Below, piece after piece: positions 16,946-28,426 of a stretch of 53,999 nucleotides of DNA (position 1 is the stretch's first letter; each line of letters begins with the position of its first letter). The notes under the pieces are model-generated. The model was not told the origin of the DNA, searched no databases, and was given only the letters and a program-made list of their open reading frames with translations. A program made the translations under genes and the position numbers. The stretch comes from a virus (taxonomy: Duplodnaviria > Caudoviricetes). The DNA lies in IMG/VR virus record IMGVR_UViG_3300034061_004173, positions 1-53,999 of that record; one strand, 5' to 3'.

Positions 16946-18529
16946 ATGGGAAGAGATTTTAGAACGCTAAAAGACAAATTAGAAATTTATTTTTTCAATT
17001 CACAGGAACAAATGATTCGTACTGTGGAGGATTATCTTGCGCAATACCCTAACCAAGTCGATTCTATAAACAGACAAGGAACAACTGACGATAACATACG
17101 GTCAAACCCGAGTTTTTACGGATATGACCCAAATAGCAGTATGTCAATTGCGGAACAATACTCTTATGACCAATTAAGAAATTTTCCTGATATGCCTTTG
17201 CTTTCAGAGGCTATTAATAAATTTGAAGTTATTAAAAAAGGATTGGATTTGGGTGGAGATTTTGATGCTTCAAAAATAAAATTCACGTCTTTACCGAGAG
17301 GGGTATTTAATTTCGGTTTAGCATCTAAAGGTCTAATAAGAAAAAAAGAGTTTTACGATGTTGAAGCAAAAGAAGTTATTGACGAAAAAATAGTAAAAGA
17401 GGAAAAGTTAAATAATATTAAGATTTTTTACTATCTGAAAAACGGTGTTAAACATTTTGTTAGAAAACAACAAAAAGGCACTATGTTGGTAAAAGACAAT
17501 TTTTTAGACGTAGAGGTAAATTATGACGAAAATCAGAAAATTTGGCTACCATACAAAGACGGAAAAGTTTTTAATGGTAAAGGCAAAAATATGTTGAGTT
17601 ATGCCACTACTACTAAAAAGGTTTATATGTATCGTGAAAAACTTGGTGGCGGTGTTTCTCCTTATGTTGATTTGTTTGTTGGGGTTAATGGTTTAGCGGA
17701 TTTAGATACTGAAAATATGTTGGCTAAAAACCTTTCTGCTTTCATTGTTGCTGATATTTTAGAAAAAGCAGGGGTTAAAGTTAGAATTTACGGATTAAGA
17801 ACATACGTTGAGGAAAGAGAAGAGTTATCAAGCGGTAAAGTAGTTGATAAAGGACAAGCAGTTTTTATTGCTTATGCTATAAAAGAATACGGAGAACAAA
17901 TAGATTTTGCCCGTCTTGCCTCTTTTACTTCTGATAAACGTTTTTTTAGAGTAAATTTATGGAGAGTTGCTTCTGCTTTGAGAAAAATGGAAACAGGAGC
18001 GTATAAAGTAGGTAAGGCTTATTCTTTATATGGTGGAGAAGATGATTTATACAATACTTTTTCGATGTTTAAGAATTGGGTTTTCAATCAAAAAGGGACA
18101 GTTAAATTTGACACTAAAATAAATGATAAAAATTTAATGGTTTTAAGTGGTTTGCCGACAGTTGATAATAGCGATAAATTAACAGGGGTAAATGCTGATG
18201 CAACATTTAGAAAAATAGAAAAAGAGGTTTATAGAACTTTGGATTATGTAGGTATGCTTTTAACTAAAAACCCAAAAGCATTTGTGAGTAAAATTTACAA
18301 AAGAGAAATAGAAACGCCAAAAATAGAGCAATATTATTCAAATCCTAAACAAGAAATCCGTGATTATTTAGAGAGTTTAATTACAAGTAATTTAACTATT
18401 GTTCCTCAATATGACCTTGCTGATAAAGATTCTCCTGATAATAGATTTAGCACACCTTTGAATGAAGAACCAAGAATTACTGAAAGAACAAACGAATTGA
18501 TTGAGGTTATTAACAATGTAATCGTATAA
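16946..18529 (+). CDS. Putative vWA-like partner of the AAA+ ATPase
   Basis: Follows a MoxR-type ATPase; VDLFVGVN..AFIVADILEKAGVKVRIYG resembles CobT/vWA cores; no canonical DxSxS. Confidence 0.5.
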   Translation: MGRDFRTLKDKLEIYFFNSQEQMIRTVEDYLAQYPNQVDSINRQGTTDDNIRSNPSFYGYDPNSSMSIAEQYSYDQLRNFPDMPLLSEAINKFEVIKKGLDLGGDFDASKIKFTSLPRGVFNFGLASKGLIRKKEFYDVEAKEVIDEKIVKEEKLNNIKIFYYLKNGVKHFVRKQQKGTMLVKDNFLDVEVNYDENQKIWLPYKDGKVFNGKGKNMLSYATTTKKVYMYREKLGGGVSPYVDLFVGVNGLADLDTENMLAKNLSAFIVADILEKAGVKVRIYGLRTYVEEREELSSGKVVDKGQAVFIAYAIKEYGEQIDFARLASFTSDKRFFRVNLWRVASALRKMETGAYKVGKAYSLYGGEDDLYNTFSMFKNWVFNQKGTVKFDTKINDKNLMVLSGLPTVDNSDKLTGVNADATFRKIEKEVYRTLDYVGMLLTKNPKAFVSKIYKREIETPKIEQYYSNPKQEIRDYLESLITSNLTIVPQYDLADKDSPDNRFSTPLNEEPRITERTNELIEVINNVIV

Positions 18530-18533
18530 AATT

Positions 18534-18809
18534 ATGTTACAGAAAACAGTTGAAAGAAAAAAATATTACAAAGATTTAGGCGGGGAAAACAATGTGGTTT
18601 TGGAAGATTTAAGAGTTTTAAAGCACTCACAAATTCCAAATGCCTATTTTGTTCACGTTAAATATTTGATAGGAGATGGTGGTATATATAATAACTACGA
18701 AGTCTTGGAGAGTTTAGATGAAAATGGAGAGTGGATTGATATGAAAAAAGACCTGACTAAATTAGAATATGGTGCTTTTTTAAAGGATTGCGAGGTTAGC
18801 AATTTTTAA
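18534..18809 (+). CDS. Hypothetical protein
   Basis: ORF in operon. Confidence 0.6.
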   Translation: MLQKTVERKKYYKDLGGENNVVLEDLRVLKHSQIPNAYFVHVKYLIGDGGIYNNYEVLESLDENGEWIDMKKDLTKLEYGAFLKDCEVSNF

Positions 18810-18826
18810 TTTAATATTTTTGTAAA

Positions 18827-19894
18827 ATGGAGTTGAATTTTGATTATAAAGAGGGTTGTTATTTATTTAACGGAACAAGTTTCCCCGAAGTAGTAATACA
18901 TAAAACTATCTATAAGTTAGTTACTATTACATTTCAGGAATTTGGCGATTATAAGCCTTTTGGGTTTAGAGTTTATGATTTAACTAATAAGTTAGACATA
19001 GAACTTTTAAATGAAAAATATACAAAAACAATGGCTGAACAAGACCCTGATAATAGGTATGGTGTTCAGTTAGGGGCAATAATAGAATATGATTACAAGG
19101 ACTTGATTTATTTAAGAATTATTGATAAAAAAATATTATCTTTCGTACTTCAAAGACCTTTGTTGTTTGATTATATAAAGGCAAGAGATAAGTATTTAGT
19201 TGCGGACGCTTTAGATAGAGTTAATGGTTTACAAGCAGAATTTTCGGCTACTTGGCAACAATATTTTTTTACGCCTTTAGAAAGCCAAGAAAACATTGAT
19301 TGGGATATAAAATTTCCTCCAATTGATTTAAAGCCTAATATTAATGAGAACTTGTTAAAAGACGAGTTTGGCGATAGTTTTACCGATTCAATAACTGTTT
19401 ATGATTTTTTAGGCGTAATAGATACTGATACTTTTAATAAAATACCTAACGAGGAGTTAAAAGACGAAATTTCTAAATTAATTAAAAAGACTTTAGAAAT
19501 AGCAAAAGAAAATCAGGCTATCGGAAAAGAAGACCCGAATAAGAAAATTAAAGAGCCTACAAGTAAATTCTTTGTTGAGTTGACATACAACGAAAACGGA
19601 GAACAAACTTCAGAAGCCGTAGAGGTGTTTGCGAGAAATCAATTTGACGCTCTTGAAATAGCGAAAAACGAATTTCTTGAAAAATATAAAGGGGATAGTA
19701 CATACGAACTACTTTTTATCAGTCCGATTGAAAACAAAGATTCAGTAGTACCAATAAGTGTTGGGGAAGAAATTTTTGAAAAAGCGGTAAAAGAGAAAAG
19801 AAGTAGAAACAATAAAAAAACACAGGAACAAATATTTAAAGAAATTGACGAGGTTGACCCCGAAGATTTGTTATCACTAATAAACGAAATTTAA
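18827..19894 (+). CDS. Hypothetical acidic protein
   Basis: 355-aa ORF in operon. Confidence 0.7.
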   Translation: MELNFDYKEGCYLFNGTSFPEVVIHKTIYKLVTITFQEFGDYKPFGFRVYDLTNKLDIELLNEKYTKTMAEQDPDNRYGVQLGAIIEYDYKDLIYLRIIDKKILSFVLQRPLLFDYIKARDKYLVADALDRVNGLQAEFSATWQQYFFTPLESQENIDWDIKFPPIDLKPNINENLLKDEFGDSFTDSITVYDFLGVIDTDTFNKIPNEELKDEISKLIKKTLEIAKENQAIGKEDPNKKIKEPTSKFFVELTYNENGEQTSEAVEVFARNQFDALEIAKNEFLEKYKGDSTYELLFISPIENKDSVVPISVGEEIFEKAVKEKRSRNNKKTQEQIFKEIDEVDPEDLLSLINEI

Positions 19895-19915
19895 AATAAA
19901 TTAAAGATTAAAGAT

Positions 19916-22900
19916 ATGAGCGAATTACTTAAAAAATACGAAAGTATAGACCAATCTAAATTAAACGAGGGGGCTATTAAAATACTTAACAGAGTTAAAA
20001 CTATAACTTCTGACTTTACTACCGATGATGCAAAAAATAACAAAATTGCTGATGAGGTATTAAATGAGATTATGAAAAAGTTTCCTGACTCTGTAAAAAT
20101 TGTTAAGCGTACTCCAAAAGCAAAACCTGCACCAAAAAAAGTTGCTAAAGCAAAAAAAACTGCGACTACTTCAACTGCTAAAAAATCAGGTAACAACATA
20201 ATGTCTGTTGCTAAAGAAATTCAAAAAGCAGGGGAGTCTTGGAAAGATGCTATGGAACGTGCGAAACAAGTTTTAAAAGAACGTAGAGAGCAAGTAATTC
20301 AAAAACAAAAAACAGAATTAGAAAAACTTTATGCTCTTGTTAAAACTAAAAAAGAGTTACAAGGTTTTGCTTTCGGCAAATCCGATATTGAGCGTGATTC
20401 AGTAAGAGAATCAAAATCAAAAGGGTCAAGAGTTGTAACAAGAGAGGGTTTTACATCTAATCAATATAAACGAAATGTTCCAAATAAATTAGGTAGAAAA
20501 TATTGGGAATCTCGTGAAAACCGTTCTGACCGTTTAGCACCTAATTACCAAAAAGATATGCCTTTGTTGGCAAGTGGTGGTGGGGTAGATGAAATAGAAA
20601 ATATTGATTTAGGTAATAATTTTGAAATTAAATTAGAAAAATTATTTTATGAAAGTGGCGATTTTACTTATGGTACATCTTTGTATTATAAAAATAAGTT
20701 ATTTAAGTTTTTTACCGTTATTCCAAATGCAACAAAAAAAGAGGCTATTGACAATGTATATAAATATTTAAAAACATTGTCAGTTTCTCAAGAAGTTAAT
20801 GAAACAAAACAATATGTAGGAAATAAAATAGAACCGCTTTATACAATTTTTTATAATGACAGAGGGGGCGAACATTTAAGAAAAGCAAACTTTAAAAAAG
20901 AAATTGAGCAATTTATAACTGATGTTAATGCGATTAATTCTAAAAAATTCGCTAACGGCGGTTCTGTAAATATGGATAAGCACGTTTGGGAGGGTTGGAC
21001 TGTTGGAGATTTTATCGAAGAATTAGAGCCTACATTCAATCAAATTATGAGCGGTCGTTCTTGGCAAAAACCGTTTAAAACTAAAGAAGAAGTTAAAGCG
21101 TGGGCTATGGATAATCAATCATACTACAAAAAGAATATTCCTGAAGTAGTAAATTATTTTTGGGCTAAAGCGCAAAGTAAAGACAACTATGCTGACGGAG
21201 GCGACATAAAAAAACTTGAAAGTTCTTTGTTAAATGCAGAGAAAAAGTATCGTAAAGCAATTTTGTCTGAACAAGTTGGAATTATTTCTCCTGAAGAATT
21301 AAAGAGAGAAAAAATAAAATTGGAAGATATAAGAGCAAAAGTCAATGAGTGGTATGCTACAAAACCTATTGGTAAAAAAATGGCTGACGGCGGAATGAAC
21401 AATTTAACAATACAAAATGTTTCTTTTGCTAAAGGCGGTAAAATTCAACATACTTTTAAAGTGGGAGAAATTGTTTCTTTTCCAACTCAAAAAAACCGTT
21501 ATATGGATAAACCGATATTAGATATGATTAATCATTTTTCTAATAAAGAACTCGTTATTGAAAAAATTAACGAAGACAAACCATATAATCTTGCAGATGT
21601 TTATATTAAGGAAACGGGAGAAAAATTAAGAGATTTAATTTTAAATCCAAAAGTTTTAAAAATTTATCCTGATAATGTTGAAGATGAAAAAAGTGTAAAA
21701 ATTAAAGATTGGTATTTAGAAAATTATCCAAGTGATGATTTAGGCGAAGAACTGAATGATGAAGTTACGTTTGAAGATATGTGGAATGAAGATTATAAAA
21801 AATATGACATTTATCAAGTTATGGGTGTTGGAGATAGCCTTATAAGAGAAAGACTTTTTGAGCATTTAGCCGAAATAAAAGGGGTTAGTTATGATGTTGT
21901 TTACAGAAAATTATTTTCAAATATAGAATATGCAAAAGGCGGTTCGGTTAGCAACGAAAGAATGTACAACTTCTTACAAGACGATTTGCAGAAATTAGAA
22001 GAATCAATTAAAAGTGCGGATATGGAAGAAGTAAACAGATTCTTTTCATATTGGCTTGGAAGTTCAAATCACTTAAAATCACTTGAAACTAAAACTAATG
22101 AAAGAATGTATAATTTCTTAAAAGACGATTTAGAGAAATTAGAAAATGCGGTTGAAAATAATGATACTGAAGAAGTAGAAAGATTTTTCTCTTATTGGGG
22201 GCAACACTTGGAATCATTAAAAATGGCTAACGGTGGCTCACTTCAATATTTGACAGACCCTAACTTTGGAAACTTCCAAAATACAGGTGCTTTTGAAAAA
22301 GGAGGAAATATAGACGGAACAATGACCTTTTACCAAAATGATTATGACAAGTTAATTGGAGATTCGTCTGAAGATTATCCTTTTTTCTCTGTTAAATCAG
22401 GAAGTTATTGGGAGATAAAGAAAGATAAAGATGAAAAAACTGTTGCTAAATGGTTTCCTAAATCAAGTTTGTTAAAAATTACAAGACCTCAAGATAAAGA
22501 TTTAGTAGAATGGTTAAATAGAAATAGTTATTTATCTCAAGATGAATATGAAAAATTTGAACTTGGTGGTGCATTAGAATTTTCTGATGTTAAAAAGTAT
22601 TATAATGAAAATTGGGAAGATTTAAAAAGTAAAGGGTACAGTCCTTTACAAATTTTAGATGATAAAGCACAGGTAAAAGGTATCAAAAAATATTTGGATA
22701 GCGGAGAAATTATAATCTCAAAAAATCCGTCAGGACACTATGTTACTTGGGCTAAAAATTCTTTTGAACTTGGTGGCGCATTTATGACAACTGATTTAGC
22801 AGGTCATTCAGGCGGAGGAACAGGCGGTTTAAATGCCAACTTACCTTTAAGCGGGGTTTCAGGAACATACTATACAGGTCTTGTTGGAGAAACAGGTACT

Positions 22901-25900
22901 ATGTCAAGCGGAGAATTGTTTATGGACGGTGGGGCTATGGCTCAAAACCAACAATTAATTGATGGTGCTTCTCAATCTTATGCAAATTACTATTTGACTA
23001 ATGATGGTATAAGTCAGGCTTCTTTCAAAAAAGGTGGTGTAATTAAAAATCAATACAAAGACAGAACGGATAAAGATATTTGGAATAGTTTTTCTATTAC
23101 ACAAAGACAACATTTTTTAAAAGACCATTTTGAAGAAATTCAGACAGTTGCAACAAATAGTGGTGTAAACAACATTAACCATTTTGGAAACCTTATTGGT
23201 TGGGCTAATAGAGATTATGAAGACTTACCAACATATATTAAATCCCCATTTAATTACCATACAGAAAGTGGTCAATACGCAAGTGGTGGAGTTATGGAAA
23301 AAAACCAACAAGTAATTGATGATGCATCTCAATCATATATTAACTACTATTTGGGCGAGGGCGCAAGTCAAGGTATTTATAAAGACGGTGGTTCTTTATA
23401 TGATAAGGCAACAAAAAGTCAATATTTAGAAAAATACTCTAAAAATGGTAATTTAGTAAGAACTGCGGAACAATTTGATAGTGGTAGTTGGGTTGTAAGC
23501 GTTTATAGTGGTATTGACATTTCAGGAGAGTATTCAAATGAAGAGTTTAACAAAAGAATAAAAAAATATTTTAGTAATTACGAAAATGGTGGTTCTATTC
23601 CGAATAATTACGAGGGAAGAACTCCTGCAAATATTTGGAAAATTTGGACAGAAGAGCAAAGAGAACAATTTTTAATTGACCATTTGATTACAGATAGAAA
23701 TTTAAACAAAAGTACAGAAGATTTTTTAATTCAGTTTAAATATTATCCATATTCAAATTTACCACCATTAGCAAAAACTAAATTAAGATACCATATTCAA
23801 AATGGTCAATACGCAAAAGGTGGTTCTATTCCTAACAATTACGAGGGTAGAACTCCTGAAGATGTTTGGAATAATTGGACTTCCGAACAAAAGACACATT
23901 TTATGCAAGACCATAAATATAACATTTTTGGCGACAGACAAATATCTAAAGAAGATAGAGAAAAATTTCTTATGACTAAATTTAAGGATTTATCAAGAGA
24001 TTTAAGAATTATAGTAGAAGACCACGTTCAAGAGGGTCAATACGCTTATGGTGGAAAGACTAAAAGCAGACCATCTATGAGAGAACTTTATATTGAGCAA
24101 ATTGCTTATTTAACAAATACAAGAGAAGTGGGAGTTGATGCTTTTGCTAAAGAGCATAATCTAACTGATTCAGAATTATCCAATTTAATGTCAGGTCTTG
24201 GTAGAAAAATGATAAGCCAAAGCGACTTTATTACTGCTTTAGTAGGAAATAAAAACAACCCTAAACAAAAAGAAGTTATTGCTTTTGCAAAATCTGATAA
24301 AGCATATAAAATGGCTGACGGTGGAGATTTAGGTTACTTTGACAATATGAGTGAAGAAGAAATCTTTAAGTCAACTGTTGTTTTTGACAACAACGGGAAG
24401 TCTTACGATAGATATACTGTTTTCACTCCTGACGACTCTGTTTTTGGAATGAGCGAAGACGCAAAAGGTTTTAATCTGTACATTGGCGATAAAAGTGAAA
24501 TTCCTATGGGGAAACATTTAGGTAAAAAACTTACTTCTGTTCCTCAAGGAATAAGAATGGCGGTGCTTAATAGAATGAAAGAAGAATATGCTGACGGCGG
24601 TGCATTAAAATTCAAAGTAGGTCAAGGAGAAAAATACTTTGATAAAAAAGAAAAAATGCAACTATCAATAGGAAAAGAAAGTGATATTCCTAATGTGTAT
24701 AATGTAATTTGGGAAGACGGAGAACATTCTATTTATTCTGCTGACAACATTAATTTCTTTATAAGTAAAGGGATTTGGAAAAAATTAGATAAAATGGCTG
24801 ACGGTGGCGGAATTCGTTCTAAAGAAGAATTGAAAAAAATATTTTCTGAAAAAGAAGCGATAGTTAAAAATCTTACTCCAAAACAAATTGCTGAAATGTG
24901 GAACGAAAACAGTTTTGGCGTAAAAGAGGGTATAAGTAAACCAATTACTATTGAAGAGGCAAAAAGACCGAGTATGAAAATTTATTTGGAAAACTTGCTT
25001 ATTGAAAACGAGTTAACTGAAGATGAACAGGCTCAATATTTTGCTAAAGGCGGATTTGTTGCAACAGTTGAATTTAACGTAGGGGATATAGTTTGGGATA
25101 AAGGAAATAAAACTTACGGAACTGTTATGAATAATTTCGGCGACCCTATTAATGGAGATGGCGGAGAATTAAGATTGGATTCGGACGGTATGCAAGTAAT
25201 TTTCTTATACGACAAGAGTTACGAAAACAGAATAGGCTATAATCTTGTAAAATTAGGAGATAAAGGCGATACAGGAAAATTTACCCCCGTTGTACTTGAT
25301 GAACTAAAAGCAAGTGCTGAAAGAATGATTAAGTATAGAAGAGATGCAAAAGACAAAGAGGGAGTTAAGATTTATCAAGAAATATACAAAAGAACTCTTG
25401 ACGGAGAATTCGATTCTATGGTGGGTCGTGCTAAAGCGACTACTTCTAACAAAAAAGGTTCAGTCGATTATACTTATGTTCCTAATAAAGATGTTAAGGA
25501 ATTGAGCGTTGTAGTTAAAGGCGAATTAAAGAAATTAATGGGTTCTGATATACTTGACGGGGTTTACGTTAAAAATTCAGCGAAATCTACTGCAAAAGTA
25601 GATGTTAATGCCGTGTTCGCTAAAATTCTTAAAGATGCTAAAGAGGCAAAAAGCGGAAAGACGAAAATGTTTACCGCTACTGATTTAAAGAAATTAAATC
25701 TTGAAATGGTTCAAAAACTTGTAGAGGCAGGTTATACCGAACAACAAATAAGAAATATTATTTTTGGATATGCTTTTGATAACGAAATTGTGGCTGACAA
25801 CGAACTTGAATACGATAAGGGTATTTTCTCTTACGAAGACACTTATGTTAAAAGTAAAATAGAGGGTTTAGTCGAGGCTCAAAAAAATAAAGAGTTTGCG

Positions 25901-28426
25901 GTTGGTATTGAATACCCTGACTTTGATTGGCAAGGTATCATAAAGAAATATAAAATATCTTCAAAACCTAAAGACATAACTGAAAAACAAAAAGGTACTT
26001 CAGGTTCTACCGAGAACTACTATGAAGTTTTTGTTGGAGAAAATATAGTGATAGGTCATAATTACGGATATAAATGGCTTGATGCTGACGGAAAAGTGTT
26101 AAGTAATTATATGGAAGAGGATAAAAAAGTTTCTGACCCTACTAAACAAAATGCTTGGCAAAAAGAAAGAGGACAAAAAGCAGGTTTCAACGGAGGTTGG
26201 TGGACTATTATTTCTTCTAAAATAGAAATTATTGACGATGTATTGAAAACTTTACTTGCTCAAAAGGGTAGTTACTGTAAAGAGATACAATTTTATGACG
26301 ATTCCTTACCTAAAACTTTAAAGGAAAACAAAATTGATTTTGCTGACGGTGGAGAGTTAAACAAGGACAACGTTAAGGTTGGAGATGTTTTAGTGGCTAA
26401 TACAGGTGTTGAGGTAAAGGTTGTGGAATTTGACCCTAAATTCGGTGGAAGAATTAGGGCGGTTAGACTTGACGAGTATGCGACAGGCAAAGCATCTCAA
26501 TTTATGCCTCTAAATAAATTTACTCGCAAAACAAACAGTAAAATGGCTGACGGCGGATTTATGAACAATGTTTATTCTCACGGCGGACAAATGGAAGTAA
26601 ATGACATTAATTCTGAATTAGAGGATTTTGATTTAGATAATTTAGACCCTTTTGAAACAATGCAATACGAAAACTACTCAAAAAGTATGAGTAAAGTTGA
26701 TGCGTTACAAGTTTTAATAAATACTGTTGAGGGCGACTATTCTCAATTAAGCCCTGAATTGGCTGAATTGGCTGAAATGCAAATATCGCAGGAACAATGG
26801 GACGAAGCATCAAGAGAGATGTACGGTTATGCTAACGGCGGATTTATGAATAATGTTTACGCTAAAGGCGGAAGTTTAAATGTTGGGGAAGAGAGAGAAT
26901 TAAAAACTTTTGTAAATTCATTATTTAATCGAGCAAAGAATAAAATAGCCAATGACAAAGGTAATTCGCTTTTTGTGCTTTCAAATACTGTAATTGCAAG
27001 TAAAGACTCGTTAGGAAATCCAAGTTTTTATTTAGGTGTTAAAAAAGTTCAAAATTCAAGACCAACTTATGTGGTTGGTAGTGGTTTTTTAAGTTCAGAT
27101 ATGTTGGTTTACGAATCTTATAAAAAAGATTCAAGATTTTTAGAAACACAATCAATAGTTGAAGCAAAAAAATTCTTAACTGACAAAGTTAAAAAACAAA
27201 TTTTACATTTAAGAAATAGAAGTGTAATGGCTGACGGTGGGTTTATGAATAATGTTTATGCTGACGGCGGATTTATGAATGATGTTTACGCTGATGGTGG
27301 AAATATAGAAAAGGGAAGCACTATAACTTTAAAAAATGATGTTTATGCTTCATACACAAATGAATTAATACCAAAAGGAACTAAATTAAGGTTGATTGCT
27401 ACGCCTCCAAAAGTATATGGAAAAAACGCTTATTTTGTTTATGCAAAAACATTAGATAATAAAGAAGAAATTAGAACTGACAAGTCAAATTTTGTCGAAA
27501 AAATAAAAGAGTTAGAAAGTTATTTTGCAGACGGCGGAGAATTAAAAGGTAAATTTTTAGCAGAAATTAAAGTTCCTTACAATTTTGAAGATGTTGTTGA
27601 AAACGAATTTGAATTTACTGAATTTTTATCAAAAGTATTAACTAAAAAATGGTTTGGTAATGGTATTTGGGGTGTTAAAATAGTAAAACCATTATTTGAA
27701 AGAGATTATTCAAAAAGAATTGTTGTTGAAATTGAAATTCCCGTAGGAGTTACTCAAGGCGGTGGTTTAGACAAATTTGACGTAGGAGAGTTCATATCTA
27801 AAACATTAACTAAAAAATGGTTTGGTAATGGTATTTGGGGCGTTGATATAGTTAAAGGTTATGCTGACGGCGGGTTTATGAATAATGTTTACGCTAAAGG
27901 TGGGGGTGTAGAAGATATTTCAAAATCTTTGAGCGTTAATGAACTTTATGACCAAGACGGAAATTTAATGGGATATACTATTAAAGATAAATACAATGTA
28001 AATGGTAAATATACATTATCTAAAACCAAAGAAAGAGCAGAAGAAAATTTACAATATTTAATTGATAACCCAAGCAGATTGGCTTATTATCGTAAAAATG
28101 AATATGCTGACGGCGGAATGTTTGAGGAGAATGACGGATTTATGAGAGCAGATAACGAATTCAATTACAGATACCCTACAAAAGACGTTTATATCGAAAC
28201 ACTTGATGAGCCAATTGATTTAACAAGTACAGTTACTATTAAAAGTAATGAAGTAGTTATAAGTCCAATAGATGAAAATATCGACTTAAATGACGATAAT
28301 AGAATTAGAGCAATAATGACTCAATCAAACAGAGGTTCTGCTGAAAACTTTGGAAAGATAAACCCAAGAGCATTTGAATTTATTGATTTACCAATGCCTA
28401 CATCAAACAAACATAAAAACGATTAA
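19916..28426 (+). CDS. 2836-aa putative polyprotein: small domains separated by about 33 [YFML]-x-x-G-G motifs
   Basis: Hand count of about 33 motifs (YADGG, MADGG, FADGG, YAKGG, FAKGG, YANGG, FELGG...); basic N-terminus; internal duplicated modules. Confidence 0.8.
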   Translation: MSELLKKYESIDQSKLNEGAIKILNRVKTITSDFTTDDAKNNKIADEVLNEIMKKFPDSVKIVKRTPKAKPAPKKVAKAKKTATTSTAKKSGNNIMSVAKEIQKAGESWKDAMERAKQVLKERREQVIQKQKTELEKLYALVKTKKELQGFAFGKSDIERDSVRESKSKGSRVVTREGFTSNQYKRNVPNKLGRKYWESRENRSDRLAPNYQKDMPLLASGGGVDEIENIDLGNNFEIKLEKLFYESGDFTYGTSLYYKNKLFKFFTVIPNATKKEAIDNVYKYLKTLSVSQEVNETKQYVGNKIEPLYTIFYNDRGGEHLRKANFKKEIEQFITDVNAINSKKFANGGSVNMDKHVWEGWTVGDFIEELEPTFNQIMSGRSWQKPFKTKEEVKAWAMDNQSYYKKNIPEVVNYFWAKAQSKDNYADGGDIKKLESSLLNAEKKYRKAILSEQVGIISPEELKREKIKLEDIRAKVNEWYATKPIGKKMADGGMNNLTIQNVSFAKGGKIQHTFKVGEIVSFPTQKNRYMDKPILDMINHFSNKELVIEKINEDKPYNLADVYIKETGEKLRDLILNPKVLKIYPDNVEDEKSVKIKDWYLENYPSDDLGEELNDEVTFEDMWNEDYKKYDIYQVMGVGDSLIRERLFEHLAEIKGVSYDVVYRKLFSNIEYAKGGSVSNERMYNFLQDDLQKLEESIKSADMEEVNRFFSYWLGSSNHLKSLETKTNERMYNFLKDDLEKLENAVENNDTEEVERFFSYWGQHLESLKMANGGSLQYLTDPNFGNFQNTGAFEKGGNIDGTMTFYQNDYDKLIGDSSEDYPFFSVKSGSYWEIKKDKDEKTVAKWFPKSSLLKITRPQDKDLVEWLNRNSYLSQDEYEKFELGGALEFSDVKKYYNENWEDLKSKGYSPLQILDDKAQVKGIKKYLDSGEIIISKNPSGHYVTWAKNSFELGGAFMTTDLAGHSGGGTGGLNANLPLSGVSGTYYTGLVGETGTMSSGELFMDGGAMAQNQQLIDGASQSYANYYLTNDGISQASFKKGGVIKNQYKDRTDKDIWNSFSITQRQHFLKDHFEEIQTVATNSGVNNINHFGNLIGWANRDYEDLPTYIKSPFNYHTESGQYASGGVMEKNQQVIDDASQSYINYYLGEGASQGIYKDGGSLYDKATKSQYLEKYSKNGNLVRTAEQFDSGSWVVSVYSGIDISGEYSNEEFNKRIKKYFSNYENGGSIPNNYEGRTPANIWKIWTEEQREQFLIDHLITDRNLNKSTEDFLIQFKYYPYSNLPPLAKTKLRYHIQNGQYAKGGSIPNNYEGRTPEDVWNNWTSEQKTHFMQDHKYNIFGDRQISKEDREKFLMTKFKDLSRDLRIIVEDHVQEGQYAYGGKTKSRPSMRELYIEQIAYLTNTREVGVDAFAKEHNLTDSELSNLMSGLGRKMISQSDFITALVGNKNNPKQKEVIAFAKSDKAYKMADGGDLGYFDNMSEEEIFKSTVVFDNNGKSYDRYTVFTPDDSVFGMSEDAKGFNLYIGDKSEIPMGKHLGKKLTSVPQGIRMAVLNRMKEEYADGGALKFKVGQGEKYFDKKEKMQLSIGKESDIPNVYNVIWEDGEHSIYSADNINFFISKGIWKKLDKMADGGGIRSKEELKKIFSEKEAIVKNLTPKQIAEMWNENSFGVKEGISKPITIEEAKRPSMKIYLENLLIENELTEDEQAQYFAKGGFVATVEFNVGDIVWDKGNKTYGTVMNNFGDPINGDGGELRLDSDGMQVIFLYDKSYENRIGYNLVKLGDKGDTGKFTPVVLDELKASAERMIKYRRDAKDKEGVKIYQEIYKRTLDGEFDSMVGRAKATTSNKKGSVDYTYVPNKDVKELSVVVKGELKKLMGSDILDGVYVKNSAKSTAKVDVNAVFAKILKDAKEAKSGKTKMFTATDLKKLNLEMVQKLVEAGYTEQQIRNIIFGYAFDNEIVADNELEYDKGIFSYEDTYVKSKIEGLVEAQKNKEFAVGIEYPDFDWQGIIKKYKISSKPKDITEKQKGTSGSTENYYEVFVGENIVIGHNYGYKWLDADGKVLSNYMEEDKKVSDPTKQNAWQKERGQKAGFNGGWWTIISSKIEIIDDVLKTLLAQKGSYCKEIQFYDDSLPKTLKENKIDFADGGELNKDNVKVGDVLVANTGVEVKVVEFDPKFGGRIRAVRLDEYATGKASQFMPLNKFTRKTNSKMADGGFMNNVYSHGGQMEVNDINSELEDFDLDNLDPFETMQYENYSKSMSKVDALQVLINTVEGDYSQLSPELAELAEMQISQEQWDEASREMYGYANGGFMNNVYAKGGSLNVGEERELKTFVNSLFNRAKNKIANDKGNSLFVLSNTVIASKDSLGNPSFYLGVKKVQNSRPTYVVGSGFLSSDMLVYESYKKDSRFLETQSIVEAKKFLTDKVKKQILHLRNRSVMADGGFMNNVYADGGFMNDVYADGGNIEKGSTITLKNDVYASYTNELIPKGTKLRLIATPPKVYGKNAYFVYAKTLDNKEEIRTDKSNFVEKIKELESYFADGGELKGKFLAEIKVPYNFEDVVENEFEFTEFLSKVLTKKWFGNGIWGVKIVKPLFERDYSKRIVVEIEIPVGVTQGGGLDKFDVGEFISKTLTKKWFGNGIWGVDIVKGYADGGFMNNVYAKGGGVEDISKSLSVNELYDQDGNLMGYTIKDKYNVNGKYTLSKTKERAEENLQYLIDNPSRLAYYRKNEYADGGMFEENDGFMRADNEFNYRYPTKDVYIETLDEPIDLTSTVTIKSNEVVISPIDENIDLNDDNRIRAIMTQSNRGSAENFGKINPRAFEFIDLPMPTSNKHKND

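Noticed and set aside
19916-28426. Giant ORF as tape-measure protein, virion RNA polymerase or adhesin
   Set aside because: No long Ala/Gly helical periodicity, no recognisable polymerase motifs, no signal peptide or Ig/beta-helix repeats
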